Positions 29,065-37,582 of a stretch of DNA of 64,000 nt are shown piece after piece. The notes under the pieces were generated by a model, which did not search any database, was not told the DNA's origin, and was given only the letters and a program-made list of their open reading frames with translations. The translations under genes were made by a program, and so were the position numbers. How positions within the stretch are numbered: position 1 is the stretch's first letter; each line of letters opens with the position of its first letter. Source of the stretch: a virus (taxonomy: Duplodnaviria; Caudoviricetes); the IMG/VR virus record IMGVR_UViG_3300021379_000005, positions 64,881-128,880 of that record; one strand, given 5' to 3'.

Positions 29065-29862
29065 TCAAAAAAAACTATCAATCGTAATATCTGCCTTGTA
29101 TCTTGCGATATTACTCTTATTATGTTTTATGTCATTACTGTGAATGAATGGCATATCATCACACCATTCGTATTCTGTTTCGCCAGGCCGTTTAATTTTC
29201 CACTGCAAATCATCATCTTTTGGATACTGATTTGTCCAACAACAAGTTGAATATCTATTCATATACTTTCTATCTGTTTTTGTCAATGGATAGATATATC
29301 TGAACTGTTTACCCCATACTCTTGAAAACCCCATATCACCCATTTTGGCGTCATTTGGTCGAGGGCCATACTTCGTATCATGTCTACCCATCTCTTTCTT
29401 CATCTTCCTCTGTATAGTCCTAAAATGCACCTTCTCGCCTGTCTCAGAGACATATACATCAGACCATATAAAACCGCCGTAAAGAAAGTTTGCAGATTGG
29501 TAAACATATCCTGGCTTTCCAACTATTCCATCTGCCCAAGTATACAGATATTTTGCATCTGTATTTTCACGCATCCACTTTACCGTTTGAGATAACATTT
29601 GGGATTCGGAGTTTCTGGGCATAGAATCATCCATGCACATCTTTCCGATCTCAAAGTAATCGGATGTAGTCAAATCTGGAAACATCTTTTTAATAGTTCC
29701 CATCGGATTAGTTCCCCATCCTAATGTTAAAACCCCAACCAACTTATCATCTAAGTGAAAACCTAGATAATGTTTAGTTAATCGAGGCATAACTGCAGAA
29801 TAATGGCGTTCTGCAACAAATACAGAAGCATTATTCTTGTGAAGGGGCCTTATATCATACAT
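29065..29862 (-). CDS. Mom-like DNA adenine-modification protein (GNAT fold)
   Basis: HYS, LVGVLTLG, PRNSESQMLS, TWADG..G..GYVYQSANFLYGG match the Mu Mom family pattern. Confidence 0.75.
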   Translation of the reverse strand: MYDIRPLHKNNASVFVAERHYSAVMPRLTKHYLGFHLDDKLVGVLTLGWGTNPMGTIKKMFPDLTTSDYFEIGKMCMDDSMPRNSESQMLSQTVKWMRENTDAKYLYTWADGIVGKPGYVYQSANFLYGGFIWSDVYVSETGEKVHFRTIQRKMKKEMGRHDTKYGPRPNDAKMGDMGFSRVWGKQFRYIYPLTKTDRKYMNRYSTCCWTNQYPKDDDLQWKIKRPGETEYEWCDDMPFIHSNDIKHNKSNIARYKADITIDSFF

Positions 29863-30449
29863 TAAACAACCTTATAATCGCCCATAGTGGTTCGTTGTTC
29901 AACTTCATTCCACATACTTTTCTGATCTAGATAACTAATCATATTTTCTGGAGTTGTTTGAACATATGGGTCATCATCACTACCATCGTTATTGATGCCT
30001 GGCTCTTGCCACCAATGTTCAACAACCCCATCATTAATTACACACATGTATCTCCAACTACGCATACCAAAACCTAAGTGGTTTTTACCAATCAACATTC
30101 CCATGAAACGAGTAAAGTTTCCAGAACCATCTGGAATCACTTTTACATTTTGAATGTTCTGTGCCTTGGCCCATGCATTCATAACAAATGCATCGTTAAC
30201 TGAAATGCAGTATACTTCGTCAATACCATAATCTTTAATCTTTGAATAATTACTCTCAAAGCCTGGCAATTGGTATGTAGAACAAGTGGGCGTAAATGCG
30301 CCGGGCAAACTGAATAAAACTACTCTCTTACCTTTAAACAATTCATCACTTGTTACATCTTCCCATCTAAATGGGTTTGGGCCTTCGATTGATTCATCTC
30401 TAACCCTAGTTCTGAATACCACACAAGGTGGTCTAAATCCTTCTATCAT
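29862..30449 (-). CDS. Peroxiredoxin (Prx5/redoxin family)
   Basis: LFSLPGAFTPTCS, VYCISVNDAFVMNAW, GMRSWRY. Confidence 0.95.
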   Translation of the reverse strand: MIEGFRPPCVVFRTRVRDESIEGPNPFRWEDVTSDELFKGKRVVLFSLPGAFTPTCSTYQLPGFESNYSKIKDYGIDEVYCISVNDAFVMNAWAKAQNIQNVKVIPDGSGNFTRFMGMLIGKNHLGFGMRSWRYMCVINDGVVEHWWQEPGINNDGSDDDPYVQTTPENMISYLDQKSMWNEVEQRTTMGDYKVV

Positions 30450-30718
30450 ACAGCCGGTTCTCCTCTCATCATAAACTTTTTCTGTTTTCTAAAATCGCCC
30501 CAAACCTCACTTGCCTTAACTCTTATAAAAGGTTTATTTGTTTCTGAGGTATTTGGGTTTGGAATTGTAAGAACTACATTCTTTCCTTGCTGCCATGCCT
30601 CTCGTTGACGAATTGCATGTGCAAGAGTTCCTTTTGGGTTTTTAGTTCTATTCTTCCGTGATACACTAGGGCGTTCGCCCTTAGATGTGTAATTCTTTCC
30701 CTTTGATTTTCCACCCAT
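30446..30718 (-). CDS. Basic hypothetical protein
   Basis: YTSKGERPSVS; AW..GKNVVLTIPNPN..ETNKPFIRV; coupled to neighbours. Confidence 0.7.
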   Translation of the reverse strand: MGGKSKGKNYTSKGERPSVSRKNRTKNPKGTLAHAIRQREAWQQGKNVVLTIPNPNTSETNKPFIRVKASEVWGDFRKQKKFMMRGEPAV

Positions 30719-31014
30719 TAATCTAAATCTCCATACTCTTTAAGCCTTTCAAATCGAAACGATCTCCATCCCTCTTTTTCCAAATCCCAAACAACAATAA
30801 GGTTTGGGTCTTTTTCTTTTTGAACTGATCCTTCCACCTCTACTGGGTTATCAGGCCACGGCACGATCTTCGGATTTGTCGTGCAATGCATTACTCTTAG
30901 AGTTCCGTCTGCCTTTTCGAACACTACTCGTTGTGCCTTTTCCTGTAGTATTGCCCTTAGTGTTGGTGCGTCCAGATTTGATATTGGACTTTGTTGTTGC
31001 ATTTGTTCTACCAT
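30718..31014 (-). CDS. WYL-like/SH3-fold protein
   Basis: VVFEKADGTLRVMHCT...VWDLEKEGWRSFR. Confidence 0.75.
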   Translation of the reverse strand: MVEQMQQQSPISNLDAPTLRAILQEKAQRVVFEKADGTLRVMHCTTNPKIVPWPDNPVEVEGSVQKEKDPNLIVVWDLEKEGWRSFRFERLKEYGDLD

Positions 31015-31528
31015 TATTTCTCACCTTTTTTGCATTTACATTTTTATCAGTATCGCATGTTTTTTTGTATAAGTCAAGATAAAAATTCCAATGTTTTTCA
31101 GTATCATTATATTTTGCATCATATAATATACTCCAATCACCCATTCCCCAAGACAATACATGTCTACCATGTTTTGTTTCCTTAGTAATTGCGTACTTGG
31201 CGCCATCTTTGCCTGGAAATTTTATTTGTTCATCAATTAAACTAGTATCGAACTTTTGTCTTGGTGGGGGTGGGGGATATGAACGAGGTTTCTTTTTTGA
31301 TTTTGGTGGGGACGGTTTTGGGCCCTTATACCCAATCTCATACCACTTGGGTTCTGGTGGTAATGATGCTGCCCGAGCGGCCTCCATCTCTGCTTTGGTT
31401 CTGCGCTTCCTCTTTTGTTTTGGTTTTGAGGATTGAGACTCGGCCGCTCGGGCGGCCTCCATTTCTGCCTTTGTTCTTCTTTTCCGTTTAGGTTTCGCTT
31501 CCGTCTTCTTCACCATTATCATTCCCAA
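30851..31528 (-). CDS. Basic hypothetical protein with duplicated KRRTKAEMEAARAA motif
   Basis: ORF track; C-terminus overlaps the next gene. Confidence 0.6.
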   Translation of the reverse strand: MGMIMVKKTEAKPKRKRRTKAEMEAARAAESQSSKPKQKRKRRTKAEMEAARAASLPPEPKWYEIGYKGPKPSPPKSKKKPRSYPPPPPRQKFDTSLIDEQIKFPGKDGAKYAITKETKHGRHVLSWGMGDWSILYDAKYNDTEKHWNFYLDLYKKTCDTDKNVNAKKVRNNGRTNATTKSNIKSGRTNTKGNTTGKGTTSSVRKGRRNSKSNALHDKSEDRAVA

Positions 31529-31757
31529 TCAATTTTTCTGCACTCTTGTCATCAATGACTTCACGAATGTCCATAATTTTTTCTCTTCCAATCATATCTA
31601 TTATAAGATTTGTTAGGTCGATTTCTTTGCGAATGAAAAACATTTTATGATTTAATTTTTCTAACTCTCGTTGATAATATTCAAGCTCTTTTTCTTTTCG
31701 AACCTTTTGTTCTATTATATCAGTTAGAAGAATTATTTTTCTTTCTTTGTCTTCCAT
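31488..31757 (-). CDS. Hypothetical coiled-coil protein
   Basis: IIEQKVRKEKELEYYQRELEKL. Confidence 0.7.
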   Translation of the reverse strand: MEDKERKIILLTDIIEQKVRKEKELEYYQRELEKLNHKMFFIRKEIDLTNLIIDMIGREKIMDIREVIDDKSAEKLIGNDNGEEDGSET

Positions 31758-31872
31758 TTACATACAACAGTCTTCGTATCTTTCGCTATGCAATCTATGT
31801 TTTGAAAGATCGCCGTGATGTTCTTTCATTTTAAAGAAGTTTATTATCCAATTAAACATATTAAATTCCTAA

Positions 31873-32061
31873 CTATACTTCAATATCTTCTCTATATATA
31901 CAAATTGCCTGACTGTCTGGTTTAAAATAACCATCACCTCTGCCAACTTTATACGATAATAATTCTCTATTGTCAAAGCATTCGTACATTGTTGGGTATG
32001 TTCCTTCCACTGTAGACGTTAGTTCGCCTTGAATGAAGACAATAAAAACTAAAGTCCACAT
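31873..32061 (-). CDS. Small hypothetical protein
   Basis: GAGGAG RBS; hydrophobic N-terminus; two Cys. Confidence 0.6.
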   Translation of the reverse strand: MWTLVFIVFIQGELTSTVEGTYPTMYECFDNRELLSYKVGRGDGYFKPDSQAICIYREDIEV

Positions 32062-32077
32062 AAGATTCTCCTCTAAT

Positions 32078-32151
32078 TGGCACAGGCGGACAGAATCGAA
32101 CTGCCATCTTCAGTTTTGGAGACTGATGTGTTGCCACTACACCACACCCAT
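32078..32151 (-). tRNA. tRNA-Trp (CCA)
   Basis: Cloverleaf; anticodon loop CT-CCA-AA; TTCGATT T-loop; encoded CCA; G:U-rich acceptor stem. Confidence 0.85.
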
Positions 32152-32156
32152 ATTAA

Positions 32157-32232
32157 TGGTGCCGCTAGAGAGATTCGAACTCCCGACCTACTGATTACAA
32201 ATCAGTTGCTCTACCAACTGAGCTACAGCGGC
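32157..32232 (-). tRNA. tRNA-Thr (TGT)
   Basis: GCCGCTGTAGCTCAGTTGGTAGAGC...TTTGTAA...GTTCGAATC...CACCA. Confidence 0.95.
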
Positions 32233-32420
32233 GTATTTTCTATTTCACTTTCTCTTTTTTTAATCCATTCCTTTAATTCACATACCTTTTCAACATACAT
32301 CATGTATGCTTCATACCATTCTGCATCTCCAGTAAGTATCCATTGTTGACTGCACTGATCGGCGTTCTGAACTAAATTCTTAATTATGTTTTGGTAATTG
32401 TCCCTAAACCCAAGTGACAT
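32223..32420 (-). CDS. Hypothetical protein
   Basis: 65-aa ORF with AGGA RBS. Confidence 0.5.
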   Translation of the reverse strand: MSLGFRDNYQNIIKNLVQNADQCSQQWILTGDAEWYEAYMMYVEKVCELKEWIKKRESEIENTPL

Positions 32421-32561
32421 AACTGTTCCTATTCTTTTAAAGTTAACTCCAACTTAATTAGAATGCATTTTCATAATATATAAATCCTTTTTCACTCCTC
32501 ATCAAATTCACTTAATAGCCAGTGTAACTCAATGAGGAGTGATTGTCAATAGGTAAATTTA

Positions 32562-32828
32562 TTATTTACCGTAACCCTCTGGGCGATAGTAGTATGACGT
32601 ATCCTCACCAGAGAACATGTTCTGCATCGAACCTTCACCATCTGCATCAAAGTCTGCTTTGGTGTTTGCAGATGCAGAGAAGTTCATAGAGAAGGTTGCA
32701 ACACCACGGCCTTCTGCGTCACCGTTCATTGTAGATGATGCGCCACCAGACGAATTGCCATTACCATCATTGATAAATGCAAATGCAGAAGTCGAAGTCA
32801 TTGCCAAAATTGCGATTAAAGTTTTCAT
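32562..32828 (-). CDS. Secreted Gly/Ser/Asn-rich protein (possibly sulfur-globule-protein-like)
   Basis: Signal peptide ending SAFA; GRGVATFSMNFSASA core; Tyr-rich tail. Confidence 0.55.
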   Translation of the reverse strand: MKTLIAILAMTSTSAFAFINDGNGNSSGGASSTMNGDAEGRGVATFSMNFSASANTKADFDADGEGSMQNMFSGEDTSYYYRPEGYGK

Positions 32829-32966
32829 TGTATTTTCCTTGCACCAATTGGTGCGGTAGTGCTAATATATTAGTAAATGATTAATTACTAACAGATACTA
32901 GTATATATCAAAAAAGTATAAGAAATCAAGACTTTTTTGCACAGAAATTTTTTATGGGGTATAAGT

Positions 32967-33251
32967 TTATTTTATGTCGTATAATGTATACTCACATGTA
33001 AGTTCTTCGCCTGGCCAAATATCTCTAGTGGCAACAATAAAGAACCTACTATCTTTTCTAATCTTTACTATATTCGGCTCATCAGAGTGATTATAAAAAG
33101 CACCCAATGGAGTTCTTTGCAATTCTTCTCCCCAATAAAAATGTGACATTCCGATCTCTGTTCCTTCTTTGATCGGTTTTACACACCAAAGGCCAAGTCC
33201 ATGTATACCTGATTTTTTTATTGTTACTTCTTCTGGTAGAGGTTTATACAT
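32967..33251 (-). CDS. SET-domain protein (putative lysine methyltransferase)
   Basis: SGIHGLGLW, NHSDEPN, ATRDIWPGEELTCEY. Confidence 0.88.
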   Translation of the reverse strand: MYKPLPEEVTIKKSGIHGLGLWCVKPIKEGTEIGMSHFYWGEELQRTPLGAFYNHSDEPNIVKIRKDSRFFIVATRDIWPGEELTCEYTLYDIK

Positions 33252-33272
33252 CTTGTGTCCTTACTGTTTATT

Positions 33273-33348
33273 TGGCTCCCAGAGAGGGGTTCGAACCCCC
33301 GACCCAATGATTAACAGTCATTTGCTCTACCAACTGAGCTATCTGGGA
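33273..33348 (-). tRNA. tRNA-Asn (GTT)
   Basis: TCCCAGATAGCTCAGTTGG...CTGTTAA...GTTCGAACC...GCCA. Confidence 0.95.
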
Positions 33349-33360
33349 ATATTCCTAAAT

Positions 33361-33437
33361 TGGTCGGGGTAGCTGGATTCGAACCAACGACCCTCTGCTC
33401 CCAAAGCAGATGCGCTACCAGACTGCGCTATACCCCG
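33361..33437 (-). tRNA. tRNA-Pro (TGG)
   Basis: CGGGGTATAGCGCAGTCTGG...TTTGGGA...GTTCGAATC...ACCA. Confidence 0.95.
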
Positions 33438-33446
33438 ATAAATTTT

Positions 33447-33520
33447 TGGAGCGGATGAGGGGAATCGAACCCCTGTCATTAGCTTGGAAGGCTAAGGTAA
33501 TACCATTATACGACATCCGC
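33447..33520 (-). tRNA. tRNA-Gly (TCC)
   Basis: GCGGATGTCGTATAATGG...CTTCCAA...GTTCGATTC...TCCA. Confidence 0.95.
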
Positions 33521-33724
33521 CTAAACTTCAACATCAACTTTACTAACTGGTTCGACTGTTCTAATCTTTCCAGTTTTGTCGTATGTTCTATAAACTTCTT
33601 CAACCCTAACAGAGTTTCCAAAGTCTTTATGCGTTACTACAATGTTATGAATCTTATCACCGACATTTAGTTGCCTAACATACTCACTCACAATTCTTAC
33701 TGGTGGTACTGGTGATACTTGCAT
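33521..33724 (-). CDS. Hypothetical protein
   Basis: 67-aa ORF with GGAG RBS, inside the tRNA cluster. Confidence 0.6.
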   Translation of the reverse strand: MQVSPVPPVRIVSEYVRQLNVGDKIHNIVVTHKDFGNSVRVEEVYRTYDKTGKIRTVEPVSKVDVEV

Positions 33725-33744
33725 TATAGTAACTCCGAATAAAA

Positions 33745-33960
33745 GGGACAGTAGGTGTTTTTACTTTTAGCAGTTTGAGGGGTTACAGGCCGCTTTATTT
33801 TCTTATACATTAGTCGCCTCTTCCTACTGTCCGCCCCTGTTTAATCTTGTTGGTTTCTAGTGAGGGATTTCCAACTTCCCACCTGAGTCTTCTATTTAGT
33901 GTCGTTTTCAGGCTTAACCGTGTTTTTACTCACTCGACAAATCGAGCGTCCGACTCGCCC
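33745..33960 (-). ncRNA. Candidate structured non-coding RNA(s) in the tRNA cluster
   Basis: GC-richer gap with no listed ORF; 10-bp stem GGACAGTAGG/CCTACTGTCC, further stems and a repeated AGTAAAAACAC. Confidence 0.45.
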
Positions 33961-33969
33961 GATATTAAT

Positions 33970-34046
33970 TGGCCTGCCCTGTAGGATTCGAACCTACGAC
34001 CCACAGCTTAGAAGGCTGTTGCTCTATCCAGCTGAGCTAAGGGCAG
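33970..34046 (-). tRNA. tRNA-Arg (TCT)
   Basis: CTGCCCTTAGCTCAGCTGGATAGAGC...CTTCTAA...GTTCGAATC...GCCA. Confidence 0.95.
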
Positions 34047-34118
34047 ATTTCTATGTTTCATAAAATAGTCATTACAAGTATTAATGTACCATATATGAAA
34101 CATATTGTCAATATATTT

Positions 34119-35942
34119 TTAATTTTTTTCCCTTAACTTTATCCATTCTTCATGAACTCTAAGTTGATGCTCAAGTTCATAAACTGTTTCTTCTAATAGA
34201 ACAACCTTTTTAAAAAGATGTTTAATAAGTTCTCTATCAGAGATACCAAACATTTTTGCTTCATCATCGTTAATACGAATATCTGAAACTTCACTTTCTA
34301 AAAAATTCATTACACACCAAGAATTCTGGCAACATCATTGTGTCCAGTTTGAATTCTTCCCCCATCACGCAACCAATCTTCTACCTGTCCAAAGTAGAAT
34401 GCAGCATCTTCTTCTCCACGCTCTTCTAAAAGAACCTTTGCATTTTTGCAGAAAGTAGTTAAAGACATTGCATCTATTTTACTACTATCATTCATTGCAG
34501 CTGGTTTCCAGTTTCCTCTTCGCTGATTACTCATTTTCTACTCCCAATTATTTTGAGTTTCATGTCATCACTTCTAACGAAGGCATTTAAAACAAATCGT
34601 CCAGTCTCATTAACTGCATAAATCAATACACTGCGGAAACTATTTTCTTTATGAATTTCATATGCCATTTTTATAGCATCTTCAAAAGTTTTTGTTTCCC
34701 CGACTTGTTTTGTTGAGGTTTGAGGTTTAAATGCTATAATACTATAACTTACTGCATTTAATCTAATATCTTCCTCATACTCATCCAAATCCATCTAAGT
34801 TCCTTTCTTGAAGAAATTTAAATTGGCGAAATACATATGTTCATACCTATTCCACTCTTCATCAAAAATTGTTTCCAACTTTTCTCTAGAAATCTTTTCA
34901 TATGCAGACTCAAAAAACTGTTTCTTTGCAGAATCATAATCAAGTCCAACAGAATACAGTCTACCTATATTATTTTTTACTTCAGAAATTTGTGACATTT
35001 TAACTCTCCATCAAATTGACTTGAACAGGAATTTCTTTTGTAATGGTATGAAGTTTTTTTATGATCGTATCAACTTCATCTTCTGTCAAGTATCCCTTAA
35101 CATCATCTTCAACAATGCCAGGCAAATTTGCAAATTCTCCATTGATGAATACTGCGATTTCATAAGGGGCATTCTTGGAACCATATGCACCTTCACCACT
35201 GACAACACTCAGTTGATGATGCTCACCAAAAGACAATAATGAATGGAAACCGCCAGGCATATAGTCCTTTTCAATCATTTTAAAATCTGCAAGTTTCATT
35301 TTAAATAGTCCACTTCCTTTGTTCTTCAAAAGCGATTTGTGCCGCTTGATAGTAATCACGATCTTCATCGTTCATGTGACTGAAGTAAAGTCCAACTTTA
35401 TCCAGTTCAATCATAAACTCTTCTGGTGACTCAATATGTCTCTGACTCTCTAAACTCTCTTGTACAGTATCCATGAGGGTTTTTATTTTTTCTTGTATTT
35501 TCGACATTTATAATTCTCCTTAACTATAATACTTAGTCGAAAAAACCAAAAATGTAAAGTAACATTCTACATTTCTCCAATTTCAAATGACCAATATTTA
35601 CCATCAGATTTAAGTTTTGCAACAACATCTAATGCCTGTTCTTCCGTTAGTGCTTCCCAACGGAATTTTTCTTCACCGAATCTTTCTTTCACTTCAACAA
35701 AAAACATCTAAGTACTCCTGATTACTAGTTTCCAAAACTACGATGTGTCCAAAATTCTCTTCAAATACTTTAAGGAGATTGAGATAATCTCCAGATTTCA
35801 TATCTTGTATGATAGACTCCGAATCTACACCACATATAGAGGCAAGTTTTTCTGCGATACCAAAAAGAACAAATGCATTCCCTTGGGGGCCATCCAAATC
35901 GATATGAATTTTTTCATTGTATTTTTTTGTACGAACTGCCAT
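34119..35942 (-). other. Run of small hypothetical early genes (34119-34310, 34310-34534, 34531-34794, 34795-34998, 35000-35368, 35301-35507, 35694-35942)
   Basis: Tightly packed or coupled minus-strand ORFs; no recognised function. Confidence 0.65.
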
Positions 35943-35945
35943 GAA

Positions 35946-36368
35946 TTATGCCGCCTCTTCTAGAGCCGTGCAAACATAAGGTTTATCCCACTTACCCACA
36001 TTGATATCCAAGTAGTATGCAATATCAAAATAGTCAATCTGGGCATCTGTGTTGTTATACCAACCAGTACCTTTCATTGCAGCAATAAGTTCTTCTAGAA
36101 ACTCTTGCGCTTCACCGTAGTGTTCGGGATAGTAGGTATTGACTTGAATATATCCTTCACTTGGATAATAACGGCCATTGCGGCGTTCTGCGATCTCTTT
36201 GTTTTTAGCATTTGCCATACCAATAAAATCAGCAACACCTTCTTTAATGTTCACAACAAGAGAACTATGATTGTCCACTGCAATCGAACCCTTATAACCG
36301 TACTTCTTAAGAACGGATTTGATCGCAGGGGCGAGTGATTTTTTCATTTCTTGGGAAACATATGCCAT
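35946..36368 (-). CDS. Phage early protein, LPD29-like
   Basis: LKKYGYKGSI...WYNNTDAQIDYFDIAYY.DINVG; has its own sigma70 promoter. Confidence 0.55.
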   Translation of the reverse strand: MAYVSQEMKKSLAPAIKSVLKKYGYKGSIAVDNHSSLVVNIKEGVADFIGMANAKNKEIAERRNGRYYPSEGYIQVNTYYPEHYGEAQEFLEELIAAMKGTGWYNNTDAQIDYFDIAYYLDINVGKWDKPYVCTALEEAA

Positions 36369-36434
36369 AATTTAGATCCTCATCACTGTTTTCATCAACT
36401 TACATATATAATATAATACTTTTTGGGGTGTTTG

Positions 36435-36773
36435 TCAAGCCCTAAAGAAGAATTTTTTACATATTTCGTCAATTTTTTCCTTGCCCAATTCCCATTCGTA
36501 GAGATAATTCTCTAATTTTCTATAACAATATGCATCCGATTGAAGATCAAACGGTTCCGCATCGTTTTTTTCTACTTGATACATGGTTCTGAGGGCGGGG
36601 ATCCAACTACAATCGTAAATCATCATAGCTTGTTTTAGAGCAGACTTGAAGGCACTAAGTTTTTCTTTATAATATTCTTCATAATACGCTTCAATGTCGG
36701 GTTCTGGATAATCTGGCTCATCCCAAAGTCCATCTTCCATCAAACCAACAACATAATTACCCATCTTCGACAT
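36435..36773 (-). CDS. Hypothetical protein
   Basis: GAGG RBS and upstream TTGACT-17-TATTAT promoter. Confidence 0.65.
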   Translation of the reverse strand: MSKMGNYVVGLMEDGLWDEPDYPEPDIEAYYEEYYKEKLSAFKSALKQAMMIYDCSWIPALRTMYQVEKNDAEPFDLQSDAYCYRKLENYLYEWELGKEKIDEICKKFFFRA

Positions 36774-36849
36774 TTTTTCACCTCATCTGTTCACTATATT
36801 TTATATAATACAGTAAAATTACGATAAAGTCAAGAATATTTTACAATTT

Positions 36850-37059
36850 TTAGTAATCGGCCAAGTATTTTGACCAGTGTTCACTCCAAAGGTCTGCAAT
36901 AAAGTCATCAATTTCTTCTTGACTCCAGTGTTCGACAAGTTCTTTAGATTTCATACACTCATTTTTTGCATGTTCTAAACTTTCAGACTCCTGTACAGTC
37001 TGAATTACAATTTCTTCAAACGCTTCTTCTTGCTGGCATTGACGTTCAGCCAAATACAT
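36850..37059 (-). CDS. Hypothetical protein
   Basis: ORF track; AGGAG upstream. Confidence 0.55.
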   Translation of the reverse strand: MYLAERQCQQEEAFEEIVIQTVQESESLEHAKNECMKSKELVEHWSQEEIDDFIADLWSEHWSKYLADY

Positions 37060-37063
37060 TCGG

Positions 37064-37516
37064 TTAGACTCCTAAGAATTTCCATCCATGAATATTAATA
37101 AATGATTCTGATAGTTGTTTTTCTAATGAAAACGCTTCAATTTCCCATGGACGTTCTTCATATTTAGTTTCTGAGGGTATTTGACCACCCTTCCACAACT
37201 GATGTTTGATTGAGTGTTGTATTAATTCTTTACGAACATACTGTTTTACATGAACCATCTCATGTAAAATTGTCTCAACAAAGTCTTTTGCAGGCAATTT
37301 GGAATCAACACGAACAATATACCAACGATCATCATCGTCAATACAATCGCCCCAGATACCTTCTTTACCATTTAAGTTTGGAATGAGTTCGACTTCGACA
37401 ACAACGTTTCTGTGTCGAGGAAATAAAATACTTTTAGCGAAAGTTACTACTAACTCCGCCAGTTTTCTTTTATTTTTAGTGGAACCTTTGACATAGAGTT
37501 CTTCAAAATCTACCAT
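37064..37516 (-). CDS. Zincin-like metallopeptidase (HEMVH)
   Basis: TILHEMVHVKQ...PWEIEAF. Confidence 0.75.
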   Translation of the reverse strand: MVDFEELYVKGSTKNKRKLAELVVTFAKSILFPRHRNVVVEVELIPNLNGKEGIWGDCIDDDDRWYIVRVDSKLPAKDFVETILHEMVHVKQYVRKELIQHSIKHQLWKGGQIPSETKYEERPWEIEAFSLEKQLSESFINIHGWKFLGV

Positions 37517-37582
37517 AACAACCTCTAACTGTTCCCTATACTATTAATATAGGTACTCCACATACAAATGTCAAGCTCTATT

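Noticed and set aside
32078-32151. Suppressor tRNA or genetic-code reassignment
   Set aside because: Anticodon is ordinary CCA, and genes translate fully with the standard code using all three stops
32077-33670. ORFs 32077-32349, 33169-33372, 33410-33670 (+) and 33415-33621 (-)
   Set aside because: Spurious frames over tRNA genes
33745-33969. Assignment as theta, pistol, hammerhead ribozyme or SRP RNA
   Set aside because: Only short partial motifs (TAAATAG, TCAGGT) in the wrong order; the tRNAs already encode CCA; kept as an unassigned candidate
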